DNA from: a virus
Taxonomy: Duplodnaviria > Caudoviricetes
Virus record (IMG/VR): IMGVR_UViG_3300037470_000539
Location: 1-49,425 of that record
DNA: 49,425 bases
Direction: 5' to 3' (one strand)
The notes beneath the pieces are model-generated. The model made no database searches, was not told where the DNA came from, and saw only the letters and a program-made list of their open reading frames with translations. Position numbers and translations under genes: made by a program. The stretch's first letter is position 1. The number at the start of each line of letters is the position of its first letter. This document shows, piece by piece, positions 8,207-17,785 of this stretch.

Positions 8207-10885
8207 ATGAACCCCGAGCTGATCGCCATCCGCGCCCGCATGACGGGCGGCAAACAGGTTCTCGCCGAAGGCCAGACGGCCGCCAAAGGCGTCGCGGCCC
8301 CCGGCGCGGCGGCGGCGGCGAGCGCGGCGAAAACGAAAAGCGCCACGGCGGCGCTCAGCGCCAGCCTGCAAAAGCAGAGCGCGATGATGCGCTCCGTTGG
8401 GCGCGGGATGACTACCTACGTGTCCCTGCCGATGCTGGCGATCGGCGCCGTGTCGGGCAAGATGGCGGTCGACTTCGACAGGGCGATGCGCAACGTCAAC
8501 AGCATCGCCCAGCTCCCCGAGCCCGCGCTTCAGAAGCTCAACGACGACGTGCTGGCGCTGGCCGGCAAGACGGCGCAGGCCCCGAGAACGCTCGCCGAGG
8601 GCCTCTACGATCTCGTCTCTTCGGGCTTCAACGCGAGAGAGTCGCTGGGGATCCTCGAGAAGTCGGCGCTGGCGGCGACCGCCGGGCTGTCGACGACCGA
8701 GGTCTCGACGAAGGCCGTCGCTGCGGTCCTCAACGCCTACCGGCTCCCCGCGAGCGAAGCAGGCAGAGTCTCCGATCTCCTGTTCCGCACCGTCGACCGC
8801 GGCGTCGTCACCTTCCACGAGCTCGCCGGCACCATCGGCGACGTCCTGCCCTTCGCCGCTCAGCTCAGCGTCGGGCTCGACCAGGTCGGCGCCGCGATGG
8901 CGACCATGACGAAGGCGGGCCTGTCGCCGGCCGAGTCCTCGACGCGGATCAAAAACGTCCTCGTCACCCTGCTCAAACCGGGCAAAGACCTCTCGAGACT
9001 GCTCAGAGAGATGGGCACCACGGGCGAGCAGCTCGCGCGCAGACACGGCCTCCAGGGGGCGCTCGAGCAGATCCTCAGCCGCACCGACGGGACCAAACAG
9101 GCCGTCGCGGCCCTCTTCCCCAACATTCGCGCGATGGGCGGCGTGCTGGCCCTCACGGGCCTAAACGCGCGGGGGGCGGCAGAAGACCTCCGCGGCATGG
9201 GGGAAGCCTCCGGCGCCACCGCCCTCGCCCTCTCCCAGCAGTCGCAGTCGACCGCCTTCAAGGTGCAGAAAGCCTGGGCGCGGTTGCAGGCGGCCCTGAT
9301 CGCGATCGGCCAGGAGGTCTTGCCGATCGTCACCCCGCCCCTGGTCGCGCTCGCCAGCGTCCTCGAGCGGGCGCTGGCCTGGTTCTCCAGACTGCCGGGC
9401 CCGATCAAAAGCACCGCCGGCGGGTTGATGCTCATGGCCGCCGCCGCCGGGCCGCTGCTCCTGCTCGCCTCCAGCCTGCTCAAAGTGCGCCTCTCGCTGA
9501 TGCTGATGTCGGCCGCTGCCGGCGGCGCACCGGCGGCGGGCGCCGGCGGCAAGCTCATAGCCGGGCAGATGGTCGGCGGGATAGCGAAATCCATCGGCCC
9601 GCTCGCCGCCGCGGCCGGGCTCGGCAACATCGCAATCTCCGCCACCGAGGGCGACTGGAAGGGTGCCGGGTTCAAGGCCGGCGGCGCGCTCGTCGGCGGC
9701 ATCGCGGGCTTCATGCTCGGCGGGCCGGCGGGGGCGATGATCGGCGGCGGCGCCGGATCGTTCCTCGGCGGCTTCCTCGGCGATCTCTTCGCTGGCGGCA
9801 GGGATTTGACCGCCGTGCAGAACAGGGTCGCGGCCAGCAGTCGCAACGTGGCGCGCTGGCAGCGCGATCAGCGCCGCGCCAGCTCGACCCTCACCGGAGC
9901 GCAGGACGCGCTCTCCCTTGCCCAGAGGCGCGCCCAGACGGCGTCTCGGGGCGTTGGAGCCGCGGAGCGCAACCTGGGGGCCGTGCGCCGGAGATTCGGC
10001 GCCTGGTCGCAGCCAGCCCTCACCGCCGAGTCCCAGCTCATCGTCGCCAAGAACAAGCACTTCCGCGCGACCAAGCGGTTGCAGAACGCGGAGCGCCTGC
10101 AAGGCGTCGCTCTCGCGGCCTACAAAACGGTCACGAGACAGGCGCTCGCCGCCGACAAGGAGCACATCGTCGGCCTCAGGCAACTGGTCAGAGAGAAGAC
10201 CCGCAACTTCAACGCGGCGCGGTGGAGCAACGCCTCCAGCGCCAAGCAGGCGAGGGCGGCGCGGGCCGTGCTGACAGCGCAGGGCCAGCTCTCCGGCGCG
10301 CAGAGAAACTACGCGAAAACGCTGCTCGACGCCGCGCAAAAGGCCGGGCCGAACTGGGCCAAAGCGCAGAGCAGAATGTCGGCCACGATGCTGAGATTCG
10401 GCGGGCGCCTCTCCGACTTCACGCCGAAGCTCAACCGCCTCGGCAGAAACCCCGCCCCCGAGCAGCTTGCCGACGCCTTCGCGGATATGGACAAGCGCCT
10501 CGCTCCGATCCTGCGCCGCTCGCAGCGCCAGATCGACGCCCTGCACCGCAGAATCGACAGCCTGGGCTCCCTGTCTCTGCCCGACCCCGGCTTCGGCCTC
10601 CCACGCACCCGCCCGCCCCGCAGAACGCCGCGCGGCGCCGCCGGCTTCAGCAACTTCGCCGGCGGCATGGCTTGGGTCGGCGAGCGCGGGCCCGAGCTGG
10701 CCTTCCTGCCGCGTGGCTCCGACCTCATGCCCGCCGAGCCCTCCAGGCGCTTCATGTCCGACCCCCCCGCCGCGCCGCGCCGCGATCGCGTCATCTGGAA
10801 ACAGAAGGTCGAGTTCAAGGTCGGCCGCCGGGTGCTCGCCGAGGGCGTCATCGAAGAGCAAGACGACGAGGAGGCGCGCTACTGA
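8207..10885 (+). CDS. tape measure protein
   Basis: 892 aa Ala/Gly-rich with TP901-type core ('FDRAMRNVNSI', 'LAEGLYDLVSSG'); C-terminal 'AWVGERGPEL'. Confidence 0.92.
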   Translation: MNPELIAIRARMTGGKQVLAEGQTAAKGVAAPGAAAAASAAKTKSATAALSASLQKQSAMMRSVGRGMTTYVSLPMLAIGAVSGKMAVDFDRAMRNVNSIAQLPEPALQKLNDDVLALAGKTAQAPRTLAEGLYDLVSSGFNARESLGILEKSALAATAGLSTTEVSTKAVAAVLNAYRLPASEAGRVSDLLFRTVDRGVVTFHELAGTIGDVLPFAAQLSVGLDQVGAAMATMTKAGLSPAESSTRIKNVLVTLLKPGKDLSRLLREMGTTGEQLARRHGLQGALEQILSRTDGTKQAVAALFPNIRAMGGVLALTGLNARGAAEDLRGMGEASGATALALSQQSQSTAFKVQKAWARLQAALIAIGQEVLPIVTPPLVALASVLERALAWFSRLPGPIKSTAGGLMLMAAAAGPLLLLASSLLKVRLSLMLMSAAAGGAPAAGAGGKLIAGQMVGGIAKSIGPLAAAAGLGNIAISATEGDWKGAGFKAGGALVGGIAGFMLGGPAGAMIGGGAGSFLGGFLGDLFAGGRDLTAVQNRVAASSRNVARWQRDQRRASSTLTGAQDALSLAQRRAQTASRGVGAAERNLGAVRRRFGAWSQPALTAESQLIVAKNKHFRATKRLQNAERLQGVALAAYKTVTRQALAADKEHIVGLRQLVREKTRNFNAARWSNASSAKQARAARAVLTAQGQLSGAQRNYAKTLLDAAQKAGPNWAKAQSRMSATMLRFGGRLSDFTPKLNRLGRNPAPEQLADAFADMDKRLAPILRRSQRQIDALHRRIDSLGSLSLPDPGFGLPRTRPPRRTPRGAAGFSNFAGGMAWVGERGPELAFLPRGSDLMPAEPSRRFMSDPPAAPRRDRVIWKQKVEFKVGRRVLAEGVIEEQDDEEARY

Positions 10886-11511
10886 TGGACCCCGAAATCC
10901 GCCTGAAGGGGCGCCGCTTCGACTTCACCATCCCGCTCGGCAGAGGGATCGTCATCCCCACCGGCGGCGGCGCCATGATCGAAGAGGAAGAGCGCCCCGA
11001 GGAGACCTCGCTCAGCGTCTACAAAGGCAACGCCCTGATCCGCCTCGCCGTGCCGGTGTTCTACGACGGCTGGCCGAACCGCAACATCTACCCGAAGGTC
11101 GAGCAGATCCTCAACCTCTGCATCGGGCGCAACGGCAACCCGCCCCCCGACTTCACCGCGACCGGCCCGATGCCGTTCTCCGGCTCGCGCTTTCAGATGG
11201 ACGGCTTCCCTGAGTGGGGGGAGGGGATCGGCCGGCGCGGCAACTGGCTCGTGCGCCAAGAGCTCACCGTGAAGCTAGTCGAGTTCGAGGACCCCGACGC
11301 GATCCGCTTCCGCCGCAGACGCAAGAAGCGCACCGGCATCTCCCGCGGCATCCCGCTGACCGCCGTCACCGTCAGAGGCGACACCCTCCAAAAGATCGCC
11401 TCGCGCTTCTACGGCAACCCGGCGCGCGCGGGCGAGATCGGCAAGCTAAACGGCATCCGCGACGTCCGCAAGCAACTGGCGCCCGGCCGGACCCTGAAGC
11501 TCGAGGACTGA
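10885..11511 (+). CDS. LysM-domain tail tube initiator/baseplate protein
   Basis: ATG 10885 (TGATG); C-terminal LysM 'TVRGDTLQKIASRFYGN...IGKLNGI...LAPGRTLKL'. Confidence 0.85.
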   Translation: MDPEIRLKGRRFDFTIPLGRGIVIPTGGGAMIEEEERPEETSLSVYKGNALIRLAVPVFYDGWPNRNIYPKVEQILNLCIGRNGNPPPDFTATGPMPFSGSRFQMDGFPEWGEGIGRRGNWLVRQELTVKLVEFEDPDAIRFRRRRKKRTGISRGIPLTAVTVRGDTLQKIASRFYGNPARAGEIGKLNGIRDVRKQLAPGRTLKLED

Positions 11512-11512
11512 C

Positions 11513-13342
11513 GTGGCCGAGGGAATCAAGCACGGCCCGGCGCGGCGGCTACGCGTCCAGGGCATCACCTCCAACCTCGACGACATCGTCTTGCGCGGAG
11601 AGAAGTGGAAGGCCAAGATCGGCGACGCGATCGTCGGCGGGCGGCTGGTGCGCTCCATCGGCGGCGCCTCGACGGTCGAGATCGCCATCCGCGACCACAA
11701 CCGCAAGATGCTCAACTCGCCGCTGCTCGAGGAGCGCTACGACATCGCCCTCGACGGGCTCCCCTTCCGCTTCGTCAAGGCCACCTCCGAAGGTAGAGCG
11801 GAGCCGCTGACGCTGGTGCACGAAGCGCGCGCCGTCGCTCTCCTGCGCGCGCTCCACGGCCCCCACAAGGCCTACCGCGACAAGATGACGCGCGCCGAGT
11901 TCGCCAAACGCCGCGTCGACGAAGCCGACCCCTCGGTCCGCTTCATCTGCCCCCAGCTTCACCGCAGACAGCCGATCAGAAACGAGCGCGACGCCCGCGA
12001 GCGCCGCCAGCAAGCGCAGCTCGAGCGCGGCAAGGGCATCGACGACGGGGAGGTGACGCTGACCGTGAAGGGAGACCGCGCCACCTCCCAGCAACTCGCG
12101 CGCGGCGATCGGGCCCTGCGTGTGGCCGAGCAAGAGGACGCGCCGGCGCGGGTCATGGTCGCGCTCATCATGGCGCTGATCGTCGAGTCGCTGATCGGGG
12201 GCATCTCCGCCAACGTGCTCCAGGTCATCCCCTCGACCGCGGCCGCCGGCGGGTTCGCGCCGACCAACCTCGAAGCCAGCGTCCGCGGCTTCCTGACCGG
12301 CTACTACTCCGGCCATCAGGGCGCGATCGCCTACTACAAGGCGAACCCCGACGCGCCGCCGCACGAGATCGCCCAAGCCGTCCAGGCCTCGGGCGCAGGT
12401 CAAGCATCGGGGGGCGCCGCCAACTACGGCCCCTACGCGCAAGAGGCGCGCAGATGGGTCGAGTCCTACGGGGGCGGGGAGATCAGCACGCTCGACTACG
12501 TGCGCTACGCCTTCGAGCAGGGCAGGAAAGAGTCGAACTGGGCCTGCATCCGGCGGCTCGCCCAAGACGTGCGCTGGCGCTGCTTTGAGTCCGCCGACTG
12601 GATTTACTACGTCACCGACGAAGACCTCATGCGCTCGATGGCGCGGATGGTCATCACCGACTCGACCCCCGGCATCGAGGACACGAGCTTCGACTACGAC
12701 GTCGGCAAGGAAGTGACGGAGCTGCGGGTCACGGCGCGCGCGAGAGCCTGGGCCGCCCCCCCCGGCGCCTGCGCTCTTGTGCGCCGCCACGGGCCGGCCA
12801 ACGGCCGCTATCTCGTGCACCGCATCGAGTCGTCGCTGGCGCGCCGCAACTCGCCGTGCGACATCATCCTGCGCCGCCCCACCGAGCCGCTCCCAGAACC
12901 GGCGCCCGAGACGAAGACGCGCTCGGTGGGCTTCGGCCCCGCCAATGCCCCGCTCGCAGTCGGCCGCATGATCGCCGCGATCGACCGCATCGACAAAAAA
13001 AGCTACCCCTACGTTTGGGGCGGCGGGCACGGCAGCTTCGACGGGCCCTACGACTGCTCCGGCTTCGTCTCGGCGGTCCTGCACGCCGGCGGCCTGCTCG
13101 ACGCGCCGCTCGTCTCCGGCGCGCTGGCGGGGAAATACCAGGGCGGGGAGGGGGAGTGGTTCACCCTCTACGCCGACGCCGGCCACGTCTTCGCAAAAAT
13201 CCGCACCGCTTCGGGCTGGAGATACTTCGGCACCTCGCATTCCAACCCCAGCGGCGGCGCGGGATGGGTGCCCGACGATGACGGCACCTCTGGAGCCCCT
13301 GCGCGCAGCGGTAAGGCCGCCCGGCACCCCAAAGGCCTATAG
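11513..13342 (+). CDS. baseplate hub protein with C-terminal NlpC/P60 peptidase domain
   Basis: Synteny after LysM gene; 'YPYVWGGGHG...YDCSGFVS...GHVF' catalytic Cys/His. Confidence 0.8.
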   Translation: MAEGIKHGPARRLRVQGITSNLDDIVLRGEKWKAKIGDAIVGGRLVRSIGGASTVEIAIRDHNRKMLNSPLLEERYDIALDGLPFRFVKATSEGRAEPLTLVHEARAVALLRALHGPHKAYRDKMTRAEFAKRRVDEADPSVRFICPQLHRRQPIRNERDARERRQQAQLERGKGIDDGEVTLTVKGDRATSQQLARGDRALRVAEQEDAPARVMVALIMALIVESLIGGISANVLQVIPSTAAAGGFAPTNLEASVRGFLTGYYSGHQGAIAYYKANPDAPPHEIAQAVQASGAGQASGGAANYGPYAQEARRWVESYGGGEISTLDYVRYAFEQGRKESNWACIRRLAQDVRWRCFESADWIYYVTDEDLMRSMARMVITDSTPGIEDTSFDYDVGKEVTELRVTARARAWAAPPGACALVRRHGPANGRYLVHRIESSLARRNSPCDIILRRPTEPLPEPAPETKTRSVGFGPANAPLAVGRMIAAIDRIDKKSYPYVWGGGHGSFDGPYDCSGFVSAVLHAGGLLDAPLVSGALAGKYQGGEGEWFTLYADAGHVFAKIRTASGWRYFGTSHSNPSGGAGWVPDDDGTSGAPARSGKAARHPKGL

Positions 13343-14698
13343 ATGCCCGATCTGACCCCCAGACCCTCTCAGGCGCTCCCAGACGGCCGCCGCGGCACCG
13401 TCTGCCGCGCTCCCTCGGGGTTGGGCGAGCCTTTCGAGGTGGTCGTGCCCGGCTTCGACCACGACCTCTTCTTCGAGATCCGGCGCTGGTCGGCGCGCGG
13501 TTCCACCCTGCCGGCGATCGACGACAGAGTCCTCGTCCTGGTCGACGACAGAAACGAGCCGTGGGTAGCGGCGTGGTGGCCGGCCGCTGGCGACGAGCCC
13601 ATCACCGGCGAGAGAGGCGCAGACGGCGACGACGGCGCCGATGGGGCGACCTGGCACGTCGGGACGGGGGCGCCTGACAGATCGCTCGGCGTCGACGGCG
13701 ACTTCTACCTCGACGAGGCGACCGGCGACGTGTACCAAAAGGCCGCCGGGGAGTGGGCGCTCAGAGCCAACATCGAGGGGCCGAGAGGCGCCGACGGCGC
13801 TCCGGGCAGAGACGGGGCGAACGGCGCTGACGGGGCCGACGGCGACGATGGGAAAGACGGCAACACCGTCCTCACCACCTCCGGCAGACCGTCGAATGGA
13901 ACCGGCGTCGACGGCGACTTCGCCTACGACCCCGCCGCCAGCACCATGTACGGCCCGAAGGCCGCCGGGGCGTGGCCCGCCGGGGTGTCGCTGAGAGGCG
14001 CGGACGGCAGAGACGGCGCCACCGGGGCCGCTGGCAGAGACGGCGTCGACGGTGACGATGGCGCGGATGGCGCGGCAGGCGAGGGCATCTACCGCGTCCG
14101 CGCCGCGACCACCGCCAACGTCACGATCTCCTCGGCGCTCAACAACGGCGACTCCCTCGACGGGGTGACGCTCGCCACCGGGGATCGGGTGCTGGTCAAG
14201 AATCAGTCCACCGCCTCGCAGAACGGCATCTATGTGGTCGGAGTGACCCCAGCGCGGGCGACCGACGCCGACGGCGTGGGCGAGTTCCAGTCCGGCTCGG
14301 TCGTCTCGGTCAGCGAAGGCACGGCCAACAAAGACACCCTGTGGATGCTGACGACGAACGGGACGATCACCCACGGCTCGACGGGGATCGCCTTCGCCCC
14401 GGCAGGCGCGGAGCATTTCCCTGAGCTGGCAGCGGGAGGCCCGGCGAAGCTCGCGTTCGGGACGGGAACAGTCACGTTTCCCGGCGGCAGCGTCGCCAGC
14501 AGCACGGTGAATGTGACCCACGGACTAGGGGCAACGCCGACCTCCGTTGTCTTGACCGTTTTGCCGACGCGATACGACTTCTGCATCGTGGACGTAACCG
14601 CCACCTCTAGCACGACCTTCACGGTCCAAATGCGGTCGGTCGGCCTCACCCCGCCCAACGGCACAAGAATGAACTTTTCGTGGTTGGCGATGGTCTAA
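13343..14698 (+). CDS. baseplate spike / collagen-like tail fibre fusion
   Basis: N-terminal 'LPAIDDRVLVLVD...PWV' gpV-like OB motif; Gly-X-Y repeats; 'GDRVLVKNQ..ASQNGIYVV' fibre domain; beta-rich C-terminus. Confidence 0.75.
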   Translation: MPDLTPRPSQALPDGRRGTVCRAPSGLGEPFEVVVPGFDHDLFFEIRRWSARGSTLPAIDDRVLVLVDDRNEPWVAAWWPAAGDEPITGERGADGDDGADGATWHVGTGAPDRSLGVDGDFYLDEATGDVYQKAAGEWALRANIEGPRGADGAPGRDGANGADGADGDDGKDGNTVLTTSGRPSNGTGVDGDFAYDPAASTMYGPKAAGAWPAGVSLRGADGRDGATGAAGRDGVDGDDGADGAAGEGIYRVRAATTANVTISSALNNGDSLDGVTLATGDRVLVKNQSTASQNGIYVVGVTPARATDADGVGEFQSGSVVSVSEGTANKDTLWMLTTNGTITHGSTGIAFAPAGAEHFPELAAGGPAKLAFGTGTVTFPGGSVASSTVNVTHGLGATPTSVVLTVLPTRYDFCIVDVTATSSTTFTVQMRSVGLTPPNGTRMNFSWLAMV

Positions 14699-14735
14699 TG
14701 CTCACCCCCGTCCGAGTCAGATAGAAAGGATCGCA

Positions 14736-15092
14736 ATGGAAGCAAGCGCCCAAATAGCCGACACCTACTCAGAGGAGGCGAAGATCACCGCGGCAGCCGA
14801 GCTGACCGAGCGCGAGCTGGCGGTGCTGATCCTCTACCCGACCGACCGCGAGGGGCTGGCGCACCTGGCCGACGAGTACGACGGGATCACGGCCAAAATC
14901 CAGAAGGATCTCGACCTCTCGGTGGCCGGCCGCGAGGGGAAGCGATGCTCAAGCCCCGGCTGCCACACCGCCGCCGTCTACCTGATCGACGACGACGGCG
15001 AGATCCTCAAGGCGTGCCAGCCCCACCTGAGCGCCCTGATCGACGGGGCGTGCGTGGTGACGCTGATCGACGTCGCGCTCGAGGACAGCTAG
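14736..15092 (+). CDS. hypothetical protein
   Basis: RBS AAAGGA; coding-like codon bias. Confidence 0.6.
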   Translation: MEASAQIADTYSEEAKITAAAELTERELAVLILYPTDREGLAHLADEYDGITAKIQKDLDLSVAGREGKRCSSPGCHTAAVYLIDDDGEILKACQPHLSALIDGACVVTLIDVALEDS

Positions 15093-15121
15093 GGCTGCAA
15101 GGCCCGCCGTAGACTGAGCGC

Positions 15122-15430
15122 ATGACCCTGATCCCCAAGCTCGCCGTGCCGCTCCGGATGGGAACGAGCGGGCTGGCCGTGGTCGAGCAGGGCTCGGGAG
15201 ACGAGATCGCCGCCTGCGTCTACGCGGTAGTCGCAACGCCGCACGGCTCGCGCCTCGAGGAGCCGGACTTCGGCGTCGAGGATCCCCTCTTCAGCGAGCT
15301 CCCGATTGAGGACGTCGACGGCGAGTGGCTCGAGCAGATCGCAGCCTGGGAGCCGCGGGCCGACATTTTCACCACGCAAGACATCGTTGACCTGACCGAC
15401 AGAATCCGAGTGGAGGTGGCGCCGCGGTGA
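15122..15430 (+). CDS. baseplate wedge protein (gp25/GPW-like)
   Basis: 'TPHGSRLEEPDFGV...IAAWEPRA' signature. Confidence 0.85.
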   Translation: MTLIPKLAVPLRMGTSGLAVVEQGSGDEIAACVYAVVATPHGSRLEEPDFGVEDPLFSELPIEDVDGEWLEQIAAWEPRADIFTTQDIVDLTDRIRVEVAPR

Positions 15431-16608
15431 GCTATTTGACGATCCCCATCGAGCTCGACGCCGAGGCCCTGGTCGAGCAGGTCTTCGCCGACATGGCCGA
15501 GGCCTTCCCCGGCTGGGAGCCGTCGCCCGGCAACCCGGAGAGCTTCCTGATCCGCGCCGTCGTCTACCGACTGGTCGTGCCGCTCGTCCAGCTTGCCGCC
15601 GACGTGCCCGACGAGATCGCCCACCGGCTCGGCGAGGAGGTCTTCAACCTCGCCCCCATCGCGCCAACCGCGGCGACGATCGCAACGACCTGGACGTTCG
15701 TCGACGACGCCGGCTACACCATCAAAGCGGGCACCGAGGTCGACATCGCCACGGCCGCCGACGAGGCCAAAGGCTTCCGGGTGCTGAACGAGGTGACTGT
15801 CCCGCCAGCATCGACGGCGACGGATGCGGGCGCCGTCATCCTCGAGGCGGTCGAGGACGGCACCGACTACAACGGCCTCGACGGCGACGCGACGCCGGTC
15901 GATTCGATCCTCGGCTTCGAGTCGATCGCGCTGGTCGGCTCCACGTCGGGCGGCACCGACGCCGAAGAGCCCGCCACGTACCTGACCCGGCTGGTCGACA
16001 CGCTCAAAACGATGGGCCCGCACCCGATCATCGCCTCCGATGTGGAGACGCTGGCGCGCAACATCTCCGGCGTCACCGGCGCCCTGGCCCTCGACCTCTA
16101 CGACCCCGGCACCGACGACCCCGAAGACACCGGCACCTGGGACACCGAGCGCACGGTGACGGTGGCGGTCCACGATCCCGACGGCGAGCCCTGCTCGAGC
16201 GGGGTGAAAGCCGACGTCGAGGCCGACCTCGAGGCCAAGCGCGAGGCGAACTTCGTCTTCAACGTGGTCGACTTCGACTACACCGAGGTCGATGTCGCCT
16301 ACACCGTCGCCGTCCTGCCGGGCCACGACCAGGCGACCGTCGAGGCGGGCATCGACGCGGCGCTCGAGGAGTACCTCTCGCCCGCCAACTGGGGCTTCCC
16401 AATCCCCGGCGACGCGACCCAACGCCAGCGCCGCAAGACCCTCTACTTCCAAGACATCGTCACCCTCATCAACAACCAGCAGGGCGTCGACGTCTACACC
16501 TACCTGGCGATCAACGCCACCGGCGATACGCCGGCGACCGATGACGTGACCCTCGACGGCGCGGCGCCGTTGCCGAGACCGGGCATCATCGGAGTCGCGA
16601 CCTCCTGA
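15427..16608 (+). CDS. baseplate J-like protein
   Basis: 'AVEDGTDYN', 'GGTDAEE...YLTRL...D.E.LA' motifs; synteny. Confidence 0.88.
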   Translation: MSYLTIPIELDAEALVEQVFADMAEAFPGWEPSPGNPESFLIRAVVYRLVVPLVQLAADVPDEIAHRLGEEVFNLAPIAPTAATIATTWTFVDDAGYTIKAGTEVDIATAADEAKGFRVLNEVTVPPASTATDAGAVILEAVEDGTDYNGLDGDATPVDSILGFESIALVGSTSGGTDAEEPATYLTRLVDTLKTMGPHPIIASDVETLARNISGVTGALALDLYDPGTDDPEDTGTWDTERTVTVAVHDPDGEPCSSGVKADVEADLEAKREANFVFNVVDFDYTEVDVAYTVAVLPGHDQATVEAGIDAALEEYLSPANWGFPIPGDATQRQRRKTLYFQDIVTLINNQQGVDVYTYLAINATGDTPATDDVTLDGAAPLPRPGIIGVATS

Positions 16609-16635
16609 TTGAAGGCGGGTATAATGGGCTGCATA

Positions 16636-17115
16636 ATGCCGATGCCAGCGACTACCGCAGAGTCATTCTGGGCAAAGGTCGATGTCGTGGGAGAGGAAGA
16701 CTGTTGGCTTTGGCGGGGTGCACCCGCTCGCAACGGATACGGGAAGGTGCAGATTAAGGGGCGAACTTGCATCGCGCACCGGGCCGCATTCGAGTTCGAG
16801 CATGGCCCGATCCCGCATGAAGACCTTGAAGGAAACCGAGTGCTGGTCATCCACACTTGCGATACCCCCCTTTGCTGCAACCCCAGACACCTCCGCCTTG
16901 GGACTGCCGCCGACAACTCGCGGGACATGGTCAGCCGCGGACGCAGTATGAGGGGCGAGCGGAACCCACGAACATCGCTTAACGAACGTCAGGTCCACGA
17001 AATCCGCGATCTCTACGCTTCCGGCGCTCGACAAGTGACCCTCGCCAGATCATTCGGCGTGCATCAAGGCACGATCTCCAACATCGTTCGCGGGAAGACG
17101 TGGAGCCATGCCTAG
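16636..17115 (+). CDS. HNH homing endonuclease with C-terminal HTH
   Basis: 'FWAKVD...CWLWRG...GYG...AHR...HTCDTPLCCNPRHL..GT..DN..DM'; TATAAT at 16620; atypical codon usage. Start could be 16636 or 16642. Confidence 0.9.
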   Translation: MPMPATTAESFWAKVDVVGEEDCWLWRGAPARNGYGKVQIKGRTCIAHRAAFEFEHGPIPHEDLEGNRVLVIHTCDTPLCCNPRHLRLGTAADNSRDMVSRGRSMRGERNPRTSLNERQVHEIRDLYASGARQVTLARSFGVHQGTISNIVRGKTWSHA

Positions 17116-17731
17116 GCCAATCGCTAGCGAAGCCGCTGAAGAGCTCTACAGCGCCCTCGACCCCGCCTTCACGGCGCTCGACGAGGACAACGACTGGACC
17201 GTTCTGAAGCTCTGCATTGCGATCGTCGCGGCCGAAATCGACACGATCCACACCTACGTCACCGACTCCGACGACGGGCCCGGCTGGCAGATCCTCCTCG
17301 ACCCCGACCGCTGCCCCGTCGAGGCGCTGCCCTGGCTCGCCCAGCTCGCCGGCGCCACTCTCAGCCCCGACATGGACGAGGCTCAGCAACGCGCCGCGAT
17401 CAAATCCCCGGAGGCCTTCCGGCGCGGCACCCCGGCCGCGATCGTGCAGGTCGCTCAGCGGCGGCTGACAGGCACGAGAACGGTCCTCTTCGTCGAGCGC
17501 TACACCGGGCTCCCCTACCGGATGAAGATCGCCACCCTGGAGTCGGAGACCCCCGACCCCGCCCTGACCGAGGCCGAGATCATCCGCGAGCAGAAGCCGG
17601 TGGGGATCCTCCTGTTCTTCAACTCCTCGCCCGACTGGACGTGGGACGAGCTGGCGGCCGAGCAGAGAACCTGGGACGACGTCGAGAGAACCTTCGCCAC
17701 CTGGGACGCCGTCGTCACGCACCAGCCCTAG
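17108..17731 (+). CDS. baseplate/tail protein (P2 gpI-like)
   Basis: 'DPDRCPVEALPWLAQLAG...RRGTPAAI' signature. Confidence 0.85.
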   Translation: MPRPIASEAAEELYSALDPAFTALDEDNDWTVLKLCIAIVAAEIDTIHTYVTDSDDGPGWQILLDPDRCPVEALPWLAQLAGATLSPDMDEAQQRAAIKSPEAFRRGTPAAIVQVAQRRLTGTRTVLFVERYTGLPYRMKIATLESETPDPALTEAEIIREQKPVGILLFFNSSPDWTWDELAAEQRTWDDVERTFATWDAVVTHQP

Positions 17732-17738
17732 AACGCAA

Positions 17739-17760
17739 ACGACCCCCCGGAGGGGGCCGT
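17739..17760. terminator. hairpin between convergent genes
   Basis: ACGACCCCCC-GGA-GGGGGCCGT imperfect stem; short T-tract on minus strand. Confidence 0.45.
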
Positions 17761-17785
17761 CGCGCTCAACGGACAGAGCTGCCTG

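Noticed and set aside
13610-14085. GACGGC-type nucleotide repeats
   Set aside because: Explained by collagen-like Gly-X-Y coding in the fibre gene.
1243-16452. Long minus-strand ORFs (e.g. 1243-3015, 6776-9046, 9161-10861, 11549-13327, 15220-16452)
   Set aside because: Antisense shadows of high-GC genes with clear plus-strand phage motifs; no RBS or domain evidence.
5433-17731. Extracellular contractile injection system or tailocin
   Set aside because: Capsid, portal, terminase and protease are all present, so this is a phage.
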